Shown in pieces: positions 1 through 7,299 of a DNA stretch of 12,836 bases. How positions within the stretch are numbered: the first letter of the stretch is position 1; each line of letters begins with the position of its first letter. The translations under genes and the position numbers were made by a program. Source of the DNA: Planctomycetota bacterium (GTDB lineage Bacteria > Planctomycetota > UBA11346); contig JBBROQ010000082.1 in assembly GCA_038229115.1 (NCBI GenBank), positions 1-12,836 on the forward strand. The letters are read 5' to 3'. The notes under the pieces are model-generated. The model was not told where the DNA came from. It ran no database searches and saw only the letters and a program-made list of their open reading frames with translations.

Positions 1-131
1 AGTCCGAAGATACCTTCATCATCGAAGGCAAATCCCGCAGCGTCGTCACTGCCTGCGGGGCCGAATGGCCGACGGTCAAAGTCACGGTCGACGGCGAGAC
101 GCTCAGCCGCCCCGCGATCCTGGTCCGCTGA
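1..131 (+). CDS. 3' end of an unidentified CDS whose 5' end lies beyond the window. Frame 3 reads ...SEDTFIIEGKSRSVVTACGAEWPTVKVTVDGETLSRPAILVR*.
   Basis: Open frame from the window edge to TGA at 129-131. The TGA overlaps the next gene's ATG (TGATG), which suggests translational coupling. Third codon positions are G/C-rich. Confidence 0.5.
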   Translation, partial: SEDTFIIEGKSRSVVTACGAEWPTVKVTVDGETLSRPAILVR

Positions 132-478
132 TGTTTCCGCGCGTGCACCGGTGGCAGCTCGCCCTGTTCGCGCTCGGTCTTCTGTTGGTCGTCGCCGGCT
201 GCATGGACAGTGACGAGCGCAAGCCGGTGCCGATCGTCACCGTTGAAGTCTTACGCGAACCCGAGGCTTATCGCTACAACGGCCAGCGCGTGTCGAAGAA
301 GCAACTTGATGAAGAACTGCGCCTGCTGGCTGAACAGCACGCGCGCGAACGCATGGGCAGCGCACGCGTGATCGTGCGCCTGCGCACTGAACCCGGCGCC
401 GACTACACCCGCACCACAGCGTTGCAGGACCAATGCATTGGGCTGGGCCTGAACAAACTGGAAACCGCGGGCAATTAG
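131..478 (+). CDS. ExbD/TolR-family periplasmic-domain protein, probably a lipoprotein or single-TM protein. It is non-canonical: there is no Asp in the TM segment.
   Basis: Met at 131 begins MFPRVHRWQLALFALGLLLVVAGC, a hydrophobic helix ending in a lipobox-like VAGC. The rest (KPVPIVTVEV...ARVIVRLRTEPGADYTRTTALQDQCIGLGLNKLE) follows the ExbD/TolR C-terminal domain pattern. The ORF-track start at 65 would overlap the upstream CDS by 67 nt, so 131 is preferred. Confidence 0.6.
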   Translation: MFPRVHRWQLALFALGLLLVVAGCMDSDERKPVPIVTVEVLREPEAYRYNGQRVSKKQLDEELRLLAEQHARERMGSARVIVRLRTEPGADYTRTTALQDQCIGLGLNKLETAGN

Positions 479-479
479 C

Positions 480-1085
480 ATGGGAAGAATCGGCTGCCTG
501 TTCGCGCTGCTGGTAATCGCGGTGCTTGCCGGCGAGACCTGGGTCTATCTGTGGGTCAGCCATGACATGGCGATCCGGTTCACCGGCGAAACCGAATACA
601 TTCTTCCGCTACTGGTGATTTTCGCCGGCATGTATGCCGGTTGGCGCTTGGTGAAATATCACGTCAGTCGGATCCCGATGGCGTTCATGCAGGGCCACGC
701 CGGACGCCATGTGGTGGGCGTGCTCGCCGGCGTGCTGTTGCTGATTCCAGGTTTGGCGACCGACATGGTGGGGCTGGTGCTGTTGCTACCGCCGGTGGGC
801 GCGTTGGGCAATCGCCTCGGCAATCGCGTCATGGCCAGCATCGCCCGGCAGACCTTAGGCCGGATGATGGCGGGTGGTGGTGGCTTTCCGGGGTTTCCGG
901 GTGGCGCGCCCAACGCGGGTTTGTCCGGGTTTCCGGGGATGTCGCCACGCGGATTTCCGGGCCTGACGCCCGACGATCAGCGCAGCTTTCCACTACCCAA
1001 GAGCCCATCGCCCAAAAGTCCGCTGCCGGGCACTTTCCCCGGCAATCCCGGCAAGACCTACGACACCACGGTCGACAAAGAATAA
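480..1085 (+). CDS. fxsA: FxsA-family inner-membrane protein (UPF0716; F-exclusion suppressor family) carrying an unusual C-terminal Gly/Pro-rich GFPG-repeat tail.
   Basis: N-terminal TM, then LPLLVIFAGMYAGWRLV, then GVLAGVLLLIPGLATDMVGLVLLLPPVG. This matches the FxsA signature (AGxLLLLPGFxTDxxGLLLLLPP). The tail repeats GFPGFPGG/GFPGM/GFPGL/SPSPKSP. Its ATG at 480 lies 1 nt after the upstream TAG (476-478). Confidence 0.75.
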   Translation: MGRIGCLFALLVIAVLAGETWVYLWVSHDMAIRFTGETEYILPLLVIFAGMYAGWRLVKYHVSRIPMAFMQGHAGRHVVGVLAGVLLLIPGLATDMVGLVLLLPPVGALGNRLGNRVMASIARQTLGRMMAGGGGFPGFPGGAPNAGLSGFPGMSPRGFPGLTPDDQRSFPLPKSPSPKSPLPGTFPGNPGKTYDTTVDKE

Positions 1086-1322
1086 ATCTGTGGTTCTCAC
1101 TGCCGGCTCGCGCCGAGTTGCTCAAGGGCGGCTGGTTCTGGCGCGGTTGAGAGCCGCCGGCATGACCTTCCTCGACGACACCATTCTGCCCGATCTGCCG
1201 CACACGTTGCACCGTCAGCCGCGCGATCATCTCGGACCGACAAAGCACCGTACTCACATCCGCGTGCTCGACCGCATTCTCGCCAGCGACCGCCTAAAAC
1301 CCACCAAGCCCAGGAGCTCACC

Positions 1323-1886
1323 ATGATTCGTTCTTCTCTCCTCACCGCCCTCATCTCGATCGGTATCGGCGCGTCCGCTGCCGATACCTATGAAATCGAT
1401 CCGGTGCATTCCAGCGCCGTGTTCAAGGTCAGCCACCTCAACATCGTGCCCTTCTACGGCAGCTTTGCTGAAGTGACCGGCACCGTGCTGCTGGATGCCG
1501 ACGCCGCGAAAAACAGCGTCAACATCACCATTCCGGCCGACAAAGTCGTCACCCACAATGACAAGCGCGACCAACACCTGCGCGGTCCGGACTTCTTCAA
1601 CACCAAGCAGTTTCCCACCCTGACGTTCGTCAGCACGGCGTGGAAAAAAGTCGATGATAAAAACTTTGCGGTAACCGGCGATTTAACCATCAAGGGCGTG
1701 ACCAAGTCGATCACCGTACCCGTGGTGGCGACCGGCACCGGCCAGAATCCGATGAACAAGAAAGACGAAGTCGGCTTCGAAGCGCAGTTCTCGATCAAGC
1801 GTGGCGACTACGGCATCACCTACGGTCCCGGCGCGCTGGGCGAAGACGTTGCCTTCACCATCGCGATCGAAGCCGCGAAGAAGTAA
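1323..1886 (+). CDS. yceI: YceI-family periplasmic protein (polyisoprenoid-binding protein-like) with a signal peptide.
   Basis: AGGAG Shine-Dalgarno at 1312-1316, 6 nt before the ATG. Signal peptide MIRSSLLTALISIGIGASA. YceI hallmarks: YEIDPVHSSAVFKVSH...V.G.F, RDQHLRGPDFFNTKQFPTLTF, VTGDLTIKGVTK, FSIKRGDYGI. Confidence 0.85.
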   Translation: MIRSSLLTALISIGIGASAADTYEIDPVHSSAVFKVSHLNIVPFYGSFAEVTGTVLLDADAAKNSVNITIPADKVVTHNDKRDQHLRGPDFFNTKQFPTLTFVSTAWKKVDDKNFAVTGDLTIKGVTKSITVPVVATGTGQNPMNKKDEVGFEAQFSIKRGDYGITYGPGALGEDVAFTIAIEAAKK

Positions 1887-1918
1887 TTCAAAAAGGCGAA
1901 ATTTCGACGGAGGACGAC

Positions 1919-2779
1919 ATGCCATTTTCCAGTCTTCTGGTCAGCGTCCTCATCACCGCTGCCGTCATCGGCCTGCTGATGACGGCAGCGGCGGCCTTCG
2001 CTGCGCGCTGGCTGAAAGCTGGCGTCGTCATCAGCGCCGTATTGGCGATGGTGACGATCGGTCAGGCGGTGCTGTGTCTGCGCGCCGGCAATTCACTCTC
2101 TCCCCTGCGCGATGGCTTCGTGTGGCCAGGCTGGTTGGCGGCGCTCGCTGCCGTGGGCTTGCTGGTAGTCACGCCGCAAACGGGCAGCCGACGTTGGAGT
2201 TCCGTTCTGTTGATCGTGCTCGCGCTTGGTGGCGCAGCCGCGATCGCATATCCGTTGGTGCGACCCAATGGGGTTCTCGAATCTTGGTTCGCGGTCTTGC
2301 CATTCGCCGCGCTGCTGACCATCGCGACACTGCTATATGACCGCATCATCGACCGGCAAAATCCGCGGCTGGCCGCACTCACCGTGCTAGCCTGGAGTGC
2401 CGGCATCGCGACGACGATCGCAGCATCTGGTTCGCTCCGTCTGTTCGAAATCACCGGCATTTTCGCGGCGGCAGTGGCTGGCGCGACGCTGGTCACGTTG
2501 CTGCGTCCAAGCGCGTTGCCCGGTCTGGGCGCGGGCGCGACGCTGATGTTGGGCTGGCTGTTGTTGGCGGCGCTGTGGTACGCGGACCTAACACGCGTGG
2601 CCGGGGCGCTGCTGTTGACGGCGCCGTTGGGACTGGGCCTCGCGCATGCGGGGCGCACGCCACGCCTTCGTACGATTCTGGCCGCAGTCGGCGTGCTCAC
2701 GCTCTTAGGCGCAGCCGTCGCATGGACACTGATCTACGGCCAGCCAGCGGCATCGACTGTCGCTGCCGGAACGTATTAG
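1919..2779 (+). CDS. Polytopic inner-membrane protein of unknown function (about 8 predicted TM helices, Ala/Leu/Gly-rich).
   Basis: GGAGGA Shine-Dalgarno at 1909-1914. The translation is hydrophobic throughout with periodic charged loops. It sits 33 nt after yceI with no terminator between them. It lacks the conserved His pattern of cytochrome b561, the usual YceI partner. Confidence 0.6.
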   Translation: MPFSSLLVSVLITAAVIGLLMTAAAAFAARWLKAGVVISAVLAMVTIGQAVLCLRAGNSLSPLRDGFVWPGWLAALAAVGLLVVTPQTGSRRWSSVLLIVLALGGAAAIAYPLVRPNGVLESWFAVLPFAALLTIATLLYDRIIDRQNPRLAALTVLAWSAGIATTIAASGSLRLFEITGIFAAAVAGATLVTLLRPSALPGLGAGATLMLGWLLLAALWYADLTRVAGALLLTAPLGLGLAHAGRTPRLRTILAAVGVLTLLGAAVAWTLIYGQPAASTVAAGTY

Positions 2780-2805
2780 TCAGGGCCTTACAGCCCCAAA
2801 CCCCC

Positions 2806-2831
2806 GCAGGCTGCGAATTTTTGCAGCCTGC
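2806..2831. promoter_or_regulatory. Perfect inverted repeat GCAGGCTGC-gaattttt-GCAGCCTGC. It lies between the stop of the membrane-protein gene and mcsA, and is a candidate operator or attenuator.
   Basis: Read directly from the sequence: 9-bp arms with an 8-nt loop. Neither strand has a downstream U-tract, so it is not a canonical intrinsic terminator. Confidence 0.45.
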
Positions 2832-2874
2832 TACGCTGCGCGCGTTCGCTTCACCGCTGTGAGTACCGTCCGCG

Positions 2875-3459
2875 ATGCATCCCTCCTGCCAGCTCTGCCA
2901 CGCACTGCCGGCGACCACGCACCTGACCGAGATCCGTCCCGACGGTGGCCGCGATGAGGTCCACATTTGCGCAACCTGCATCGCCAAACATCAACTTGAT
3001 CTGACCGCAGCGCCGCCGTCGGTGGCGACGTTGCTGGCGTTCAAAGACGCGCTGCCCGAAGCCGACGACGCCGTCGAAGCTGCGGCCGATGATCCGGCCT
3101 GCGCCAGCTGCGGCTTGGTGTTCTCAGCATATGCAGCAAACAACATTTTGGGCTGCGCCGATTGCTACACGGCATTCGCCGAACCATTCGCGCTGTTGGT
3201 CGCGCGCTATCACGAGGCCAGCACGCACGTTGGCCGCGGACCGGCCAACGCCGCCAGCGCCAGTCCCGTCACGAAGACCCGCAAGCGTACCAGCAAACGC
3301 GGCGTCCCTGCCATCAACACCGCCGAACGTCGGCAGGAACTGGAAGTCCTGCTGCTCAGCGCGGTGACGGAAGAACGCTTTGAAGACGCCGCGACGTTGC
3401 GCGATCAGCTACGCCAACTCGACGGCAGCAGCAGCAGCAAAAGTGGAGACAGCGCGTGA
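2875..3459 (+). CDS. mcsA: McsA-like activator of protein-arginine kinase (double CxxC zinc-finger pairs plus a C-terminal UvrB/UvrC motif).
   Basis: CQLCHALPATTHLT...EVHICATC and ACASCGLVFSAYAANNILGCADCYTAF line up with B. subtilis McsA (CQECHERPATFHFT...EVHICEQC; ACPKCGMTF...GCSECYKTF). The UVR motif ERRQELEVLLLSAVTEERFEDAATLRDQLRQL is present. Its stop overlaps the mcsB start. Confidence 0.8.
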   Translation: MHPSCQLCHALPATTHLTEIRPDGGRDEVHICATCIAKHQLDLTAAPPSVATLLAFKDALPEADDAVEAAADDPACASCGLVFSAYAANNILGCADCYTAFAEPFALLVARYHEASTHVGRGPANAASASPVTKTRKRTSKRGVPAINTAERRQELEVLLLSAVTEERFEDAATLRDQLRQLDGSSSSKSGDSA

Positions 3460-4511
3460 GCGATCTGACCGCGTTGGCACAGCGGCCGTGCAGTTGGCTG
3501 GCCAGTCCGGGCGAACATGCCGGCATCGTGGTGTCATCGCGCATTCGCTTGGCCCGCAACTGTGCCGGCTGGGCATTTCATCGCACGCTGCCCAAAGCCA
3601 AACAGCAGGAACTAGTCAATCGCTTGATCGATACGGCGCTGCGCGTCACCGGATGGACCGACGCCACCGCGCTGCAATTGCAGAAACTGAACGCGATTGA
3701 GCGCCAGGTTTTGGTCGAGCGACAGCTGATCAGCCGGGATCTGGCCGGTGCGAAACGCCCGGCCGGTGTGGTGGTTTCCGCGGACGAAACCGTGGCGCTG
3801 ATGTTGAACGAAGAAGATCATGTACGGCTGCAAGTCATCACCGCCGGTTTCGCTTTGCGCGAAAACCTAGCTCGAGCAGTCGCGCTGGATCGCGCGCTGG
3901 AACCCGACCTCGACTGGTCGTTCTCCCCACAGCTCGGTTACCTGACCAGTTGCCATACGAACTTGGGCACCGGACTGCGCGCGTCGGTAATGCTGCACCT
4001 GCCGGCGCTGCACGAGACCGGCGAACTGAAACAAGTCCTGCGCGCGCTTAGCAAACTTCATGTCACGGTGCGCGGTCAGCACGGCGAAGGCAGCGAAGCA
4101 GCGGGTCATTATTACCAAGTTTCTAACAGCCGTTCGTTGGGTCTCAGCGAAGACGATCTGGTGCGCGCGATCCACGACACCGCCGAGCGCATCATCACCG
4201 CCGAGCAGTTGGCCCGGCAATCGTTGTGGGATGCGAAACGCACGCTGCTGGAGGACAAGGTGTTCCGGGCGCAAGGCGTGCTGACCAATGCGCGCCGCCT
4301 GAGTGCGGACGAACTCACCGAGCATCTCAGTTGGCTGCGCCTGGGTCTGGCACTGCGCGTGCTGCAACTGCACGTCGCCTGGCCCACCCTGGATAGAATT
4401 TTCTTGCAGTGCCAACCTGCCCACCTGCACTTATCACATCCCGACGCGGATGAACCTGACGCGCGCGACCAACTGCGCGCAACGCTCGTCCGCCAATGGC
4501 TGGCCGCCTGA
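3456..4511 (+). CDS. mcsB: Protein-arginine kinase McsB (ATP:guanido phosphotransferase family).
   Basis: GTG start inside a GTGA overlap with the mcsA stop. GGAG Shine-Dalgarno at 3445-3448. The phosphagen-kinase catalytic loop CHTNLGTGLRAS is present. Length (351 aa) and overall layout match McsB. Confidence 0.85.
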   Translation: MSDLTALAQRPCSWLASPGEHAGIVVSSRIRLARNCAGWAFHRTLPKAKQQELVNRLIDTALRVTGWTDATALQLQKLNAIERQVLVERQLISRDLAGAKRPAGVVVSADETVALMLNEEDHVRLQVITAGFALRENLARAVALDRALEPDLDWSFSPQLGYLTSCHTNLGTGLRASVMLHLPALHETGELKQVLRALSKLHVTVRGQHGEGSEAAGHYYQVSNSRSLGLSEDDLVRAIHDTAERIITAEQLARQSLWDAKRTLLEDKVFRAQGVLTNARRLSADELTEHLSWLRLGLALRVLQLHVAWPTLDRIFLQCQPAHLHLSHPDADEPDARDQLRATLVRQWLAA

Positions 4512-4554
4512 CCGCGACCGCGCCGGAACCATTAACGAGAAAGAACAAAACATC

Positions 4555-7128
4555 ATGTTCGACAAGTTCACCGACCGCGCGCGCAAGATCATCGCCCTGG
4601 CCCAGAAAGAAGCCGAGCGCTTCCATCACGATTACATCGGCACCGAGCATTTGTTGCTGGGCCTGGTGAAAGAAGGCAGCGGCGTCGCGGTCACGGCCCT
4701 AAACAATCTGTCGGTCGACGTGGAAAAAGTCCGACGCGAAGTCGAAAAATTGGTGGTCACCAGCGACAAAGCCGCGCCCAGCGGCCCGTTGCCGTTCACG
4801 CCACAGGCGAAACGCGTGCTGGAATTGGCCAGCGAAGAAGCGCGCGCGCTCGGCCATCCCTATATCGGTACCGAACATATTCTGCTCGGCTTGCTATCCG
4901 AACAGGACAGCGTCGCGGCGCAGGTGTTAATTAATCTCGATCTGAAACTCGACGACGTGCGCAACGAAATCCTAGATTTATTAGGCGCGTCCGACGTCTC
5001 GAAAATGCCCGGCGCGCAGGCCTCCGGCGGCGGTGAAAAATCCGCCGAGAAACCCGCCGGCAAAGGCGGCAAAAAGAGCGAAGAATCGGCCACGCCGGCG
5101 CTGGATGCGTTTGGCCGCGACCTGACCGCCGCCGCCGAAGCCGGCGAACTTGATCCGGTGATCGGCCGGGCCAAAGAAATCGAGCGTCTGTGGCAGATCC
5201 TGTGCCGCCGCACCAAGAACAATCCGGTGCTGTTGGGCGAACCCGGCGTGGGCAAAACCGCCATTGCCGAAGGCTTGGCCCAATCAATCGTCAAACATGA
5301 AGTGCCGGATCTGCTGGCGAACAAACGTATCATCTCGCTGGATCTGGCCTCGATGGTTGCCGGTACGAAATATCGCGGCCAGTTTGAAGAACGCATCAAA
5401 GCGGTGATGAAAGAAGTGCGCGCGGCCAAGAACATCATTCTGTTCGTGGATGAACTGCACACCCTGGTCGGCGCCGGCGGCGCCGAGGGTGCGATCGACG
5501 CATCGAATGTGTTGAAGCCAGCGCTTTCGCGCGGCGAGCTGCAATGCATCGGCGCGACTACGCTGGATGAATACCGCAAATATATCGAAAAGGACGGCGC
5601 GCTCGAACGGCGGTTCCAATCGATCATCGTCAATCCGCCATCGATCGAAGACGCGACCAGCATTCTGATGGGCCTGCGCGATAAATACGAAGCGCATCAC
5701 CGTGTGAAAATCACCGATGCCGCGGTCAGCGCGGCGGTGAAGCTCAGCGATCGGTATATTACCGGTCGATTCCTGCCCGACAAAGCCATCGACGTAATCG
5801 ATGAGGCCGGCGCGAAACTGCGGCTGAAAGCAACCTCGCGCGCACCCGCGTACAAGGAACTCGAAGGCGAGATCAAAGAACTCGATAAGCAGAAATCCGA
5901 AGCGGTTTTGAATCAAGACTATGAACGTGCGGCCGAATTCCGTGACCGCGCCGAACGGAAGAAGAAGGAACTTTCCGACTTGAAGCGCAAGCATCAGGAC
6001 GCGTCGAAAGAATTGTGCGGCACTGTCGATGAAGCGCTGGTTGGTGAGATCATCGCATCAATGACCGGCATTCCGTTGCAGCGACTTGATCAGGGCGAAA
6101 CCAAGCGTTTGCTTGAGCTTGAAAGCCATCTGCACAAGAAAGTCATCAGCCAGGACGAAGCGATCAAATCCTTGGCGCGTGCGATTCGTCGTTCGCGTTC
6201 GGGCCTGAAAGATCCGCGTCGGCCAGTCGGTTGCTTCATGTTCGTCGGGCCAACCGGCGTCGGCAAAACCCTGCTGTGCAAAGCGCTCGCCGAATTCATG
6301 TTTGGCAGCGATGACGCGCTCATCCAGATCGACATGAGCGAATATGGCGAGAAGCATAATGCTTCGCGTTTAGTCGGCGCGCCTCCGGGCTACGTCGGCT
6401 ACGAAGAAGGCGGACAGCTCACCGAGAAAGTCCGCCGCCGTCCGTATGCCGTGGTGCTGTTCGACGAAATCGAAAAAGCGCACGGCGACGTGTTCAATAT
6501 GTTGTTGCAGATCATGGAAGAAGGGCACCTGACCGATTCGTTCGGACGTGTGGTCGATTTCCGTAACACGGTGATTGTGATGACCAGCAACGTCGGCGCG
6601 GCCTCGGCTGGCGAGGCTGGCACGCTCGGGTTCGATACAGGCCTGGCGACCAGCGCTGAAAGTTACGCCTATAAAGCCACCAAGCTGGCGTATCAACGTT
6701 CGCTCGACGATATGTTCCGTCCGGAATTCCTGAATCGTCTCGACGAAGTGATCGTGTTCCGGCCATTGGAACGCGAGGATCTGCGTCAAGTCGTCGCGAT
6801 CGAATTCACTAAGATCGGCAAGCGTGTACTGGAACAGGGTATTTCGCTGCACTTGACCGATGCGGCGATCGATTTCCTGTTGAAAGAAGGTTACAATCCA
6901 AAATTCGGTGCACGGCCGATTCGGCGCACAATCGAACAGCACGTCGAAGATCCATTGTCGGAAGCTTTGCTGCGCGGCGAATTCACCGTCGGAACAAACT
7001 TGTCGGTCGATGTTGAAGATAAGCACTTGGTCTTCCGCCGGATCGAAAAGCCGGCAGAAATTGTGCCGCAATCAACGCCTGAATCGACGCCACCGTCGTC
7101 GGTACCAACCGATAGCCCACAGCCTTGA
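4555..7128 (+). CDS. clpC: ClpC-type AAA+ ATPase/unfoldase: two Clp_N repeats, D1, a UVR-containing linker and D2, followed by an extra ~25-aa Pro/Ser/Thr-rich C-terminal tail.
   Basis: True start is the ATG at 4555 ([37 protein letters not shown], the Clp_N repeat, seen twice). D1 has Walker A GEPGVGKT and Walker [10 protein letters not shown]2 has Walker A GPTGVGKT and Walker [11 protein letters not shown]. The short linker [38 protein letters not shown] is a UVR motif, so this is ClpC rather than ClpB (long M-domain) or ClpA. The ORF-track start at 4303 lies inside mcsB and is spurious. Confidence 0.9.
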   Translation: MFDKFTDRARKIIALAQKEAERFHHDYIGTEHLLLGLVKEGSGVAVTALNNLSVDVEKVRREVEKLVVTSDKAAPSGPLPFTPQAKRVLELASEEARALGHPYIGTEHILLGLLSEQDSVAAQVLINLDLKLDDVRNEILDLLGASDVSKMPGAQASGGGEKSAEKPAGKGGKKSEESATPALDAFGRDLTAAAEAGELDPVIGRAKEIERLWQILCRRTKNNPVLLGEPGVGKTAIAEGLAQSIVKHEVPDLLANKRIISLDLASMVAGTKYRGQFEERIKAVMKEVRAAKNIILFVDELHTLVGAGGAEGAIDASNVLKPALSRGELQCIGATTLDEYRKYIEKDGALERRFQSIIVNPPSIEDATSILMGLRDKYEAHHRVKITDAAVSAAVKLSDRYITGRFLPDKAIDVIDEAGAKLRLKATSRAPAYKELEGEIKELDKQKSEAVLNQDYERAAEFRDRAERKKKELSDLKRKHQDASKELCGTVDEALVGEIIASMTGIPLQRLDQGETKRLLELESHLHKKVISQDEAIKSLARAIRRSRSGLKDPRRPVGCFMFVGPTGVGKTLLCKALAEFMFGSDDALIQIDMSEYGEKHNASRLVGAPPGYVGYEEGGQLTEKVRRRPYAVVLFDEIEKAHGDVFNMLLQIMEEGHLTDSFGRVVDFRNTVIVMTSNVGAASAGEAGTLGFDTGLATSAESYAYKATKLAYQRSLDDMFRPEFLNRLDEVIVFRPLEREDLRQVVAIEFTKIGKRVLEQGISLHLTDAAIDFLLKEGYNPKFGARPIRRTIEQHVEDPLSEALLRGEFTVGTNLSVDVEDKHLVFRRIEKPAEIVPQSTPESTPPSSVPTDSPQP

Positions 7129-7187
7129 GCGAACAAACAGCCTTGAGCGAACAAACAGCCCTGAGCAAACAAACAGCCCTGAGCGAA
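7120..7187. repeat. Tandem direct repeat: 18-bp unit CAGCC(T/C)TGAGC(G/A)AACAAA in about 3.8 copies (7120-7137, 7138-7155, 7156-7173, 7174-7187).
   Basis: Read directly. Copies 1 and 2 are identical and copy 3 has 2 mismatches. Copy 1 contains the clpC stop (CAG CCT TGA). Every copy carries another TGA in the clpC frame. Confidence 0.85.
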
Positions 7188-7206
7188 TTGATAATGCTCT
7201 GAACGT

Positions 7207-7243
7207 CCACGACCCACGGCCATGCCGCGGGTCGTGGTTTTTT
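7207..7243 (+). terminator. Rho-independent terminator of the mcsAB-clpC operon.
   Basis: CCACGACCC(7207-7215)...GGGTCGTGG(7229-7237) forms a GC-rich stem with an extended inner stem, followed by TTTTTT (7238-7243). Confidence 0.85.
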
Positions 7244-7299
7244 CACGGCCTGAACCGCCGGCGGCTTTCCCCGAAGAGTCGATTCTTTAGCGTGCGCTG

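Noticed and set aside
65-130. Upstream start (ATG at 65) offered by the ORF track for the ExbD-like gene.
   Set aside because: It would overlap the preceding CDS by 67 nt in another frame. It adds a non-hydrophobic Arg-rich N-terminus ahead of the TM and lipobox segment. The ATG at 131 overlaps the upstream stop (TGATG), as expected for coupled genes.
880-1060. Repetitive ggtttccgggg DNA that could be mistaken for a CRISPR-like or VNTR array.
   Set aside because: It is in-frame coding low complexity (GFPG repeats of the FxsA tail). Spacing is irregular and there are no unique spacers.
2062-2700. 212-aa minus-strand ORF overlapping the polytopic membrane-protein gene.
   Set aside because: It is antisense to a frame with clear TM periodicity and a Shine-Dalgarno. 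Its translation is Ala/Arg/Ser-rich without features. It is a high-GC artefact.
2806-2831. Reading the GCAGGCTGC/GCAGCCTGC hairpin as a plain rho-independent terminator.
   Set aside because: There is no U-tract after the stem on either strand. The T-run is in the loop. It is kept as a regulatory palindrome instead.
4303-4554. 5' extension of the clpC ORF back to 4303.
   Set aside because: This stretch lies inside mcsB, and its translation (MRTNSPSISVGCAWVW...) has no Clp features. Clp_N homology starts exactly at the Met encoded at 4555.
4860-5994. Long antisense ORFs inside clpC (4860-5663 -, 267 aa; 5284-5994 -, 236 aa; also 6370-7071 -).
   Set aside because: They lie entirely within, and antisense to, a gene with unambiguous AAA+ motifs. 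Their translations are low-complexity and Arg/Ser/Ala-rich. This is typical of stop-codon-poor alternative frames in high-GC DNA.
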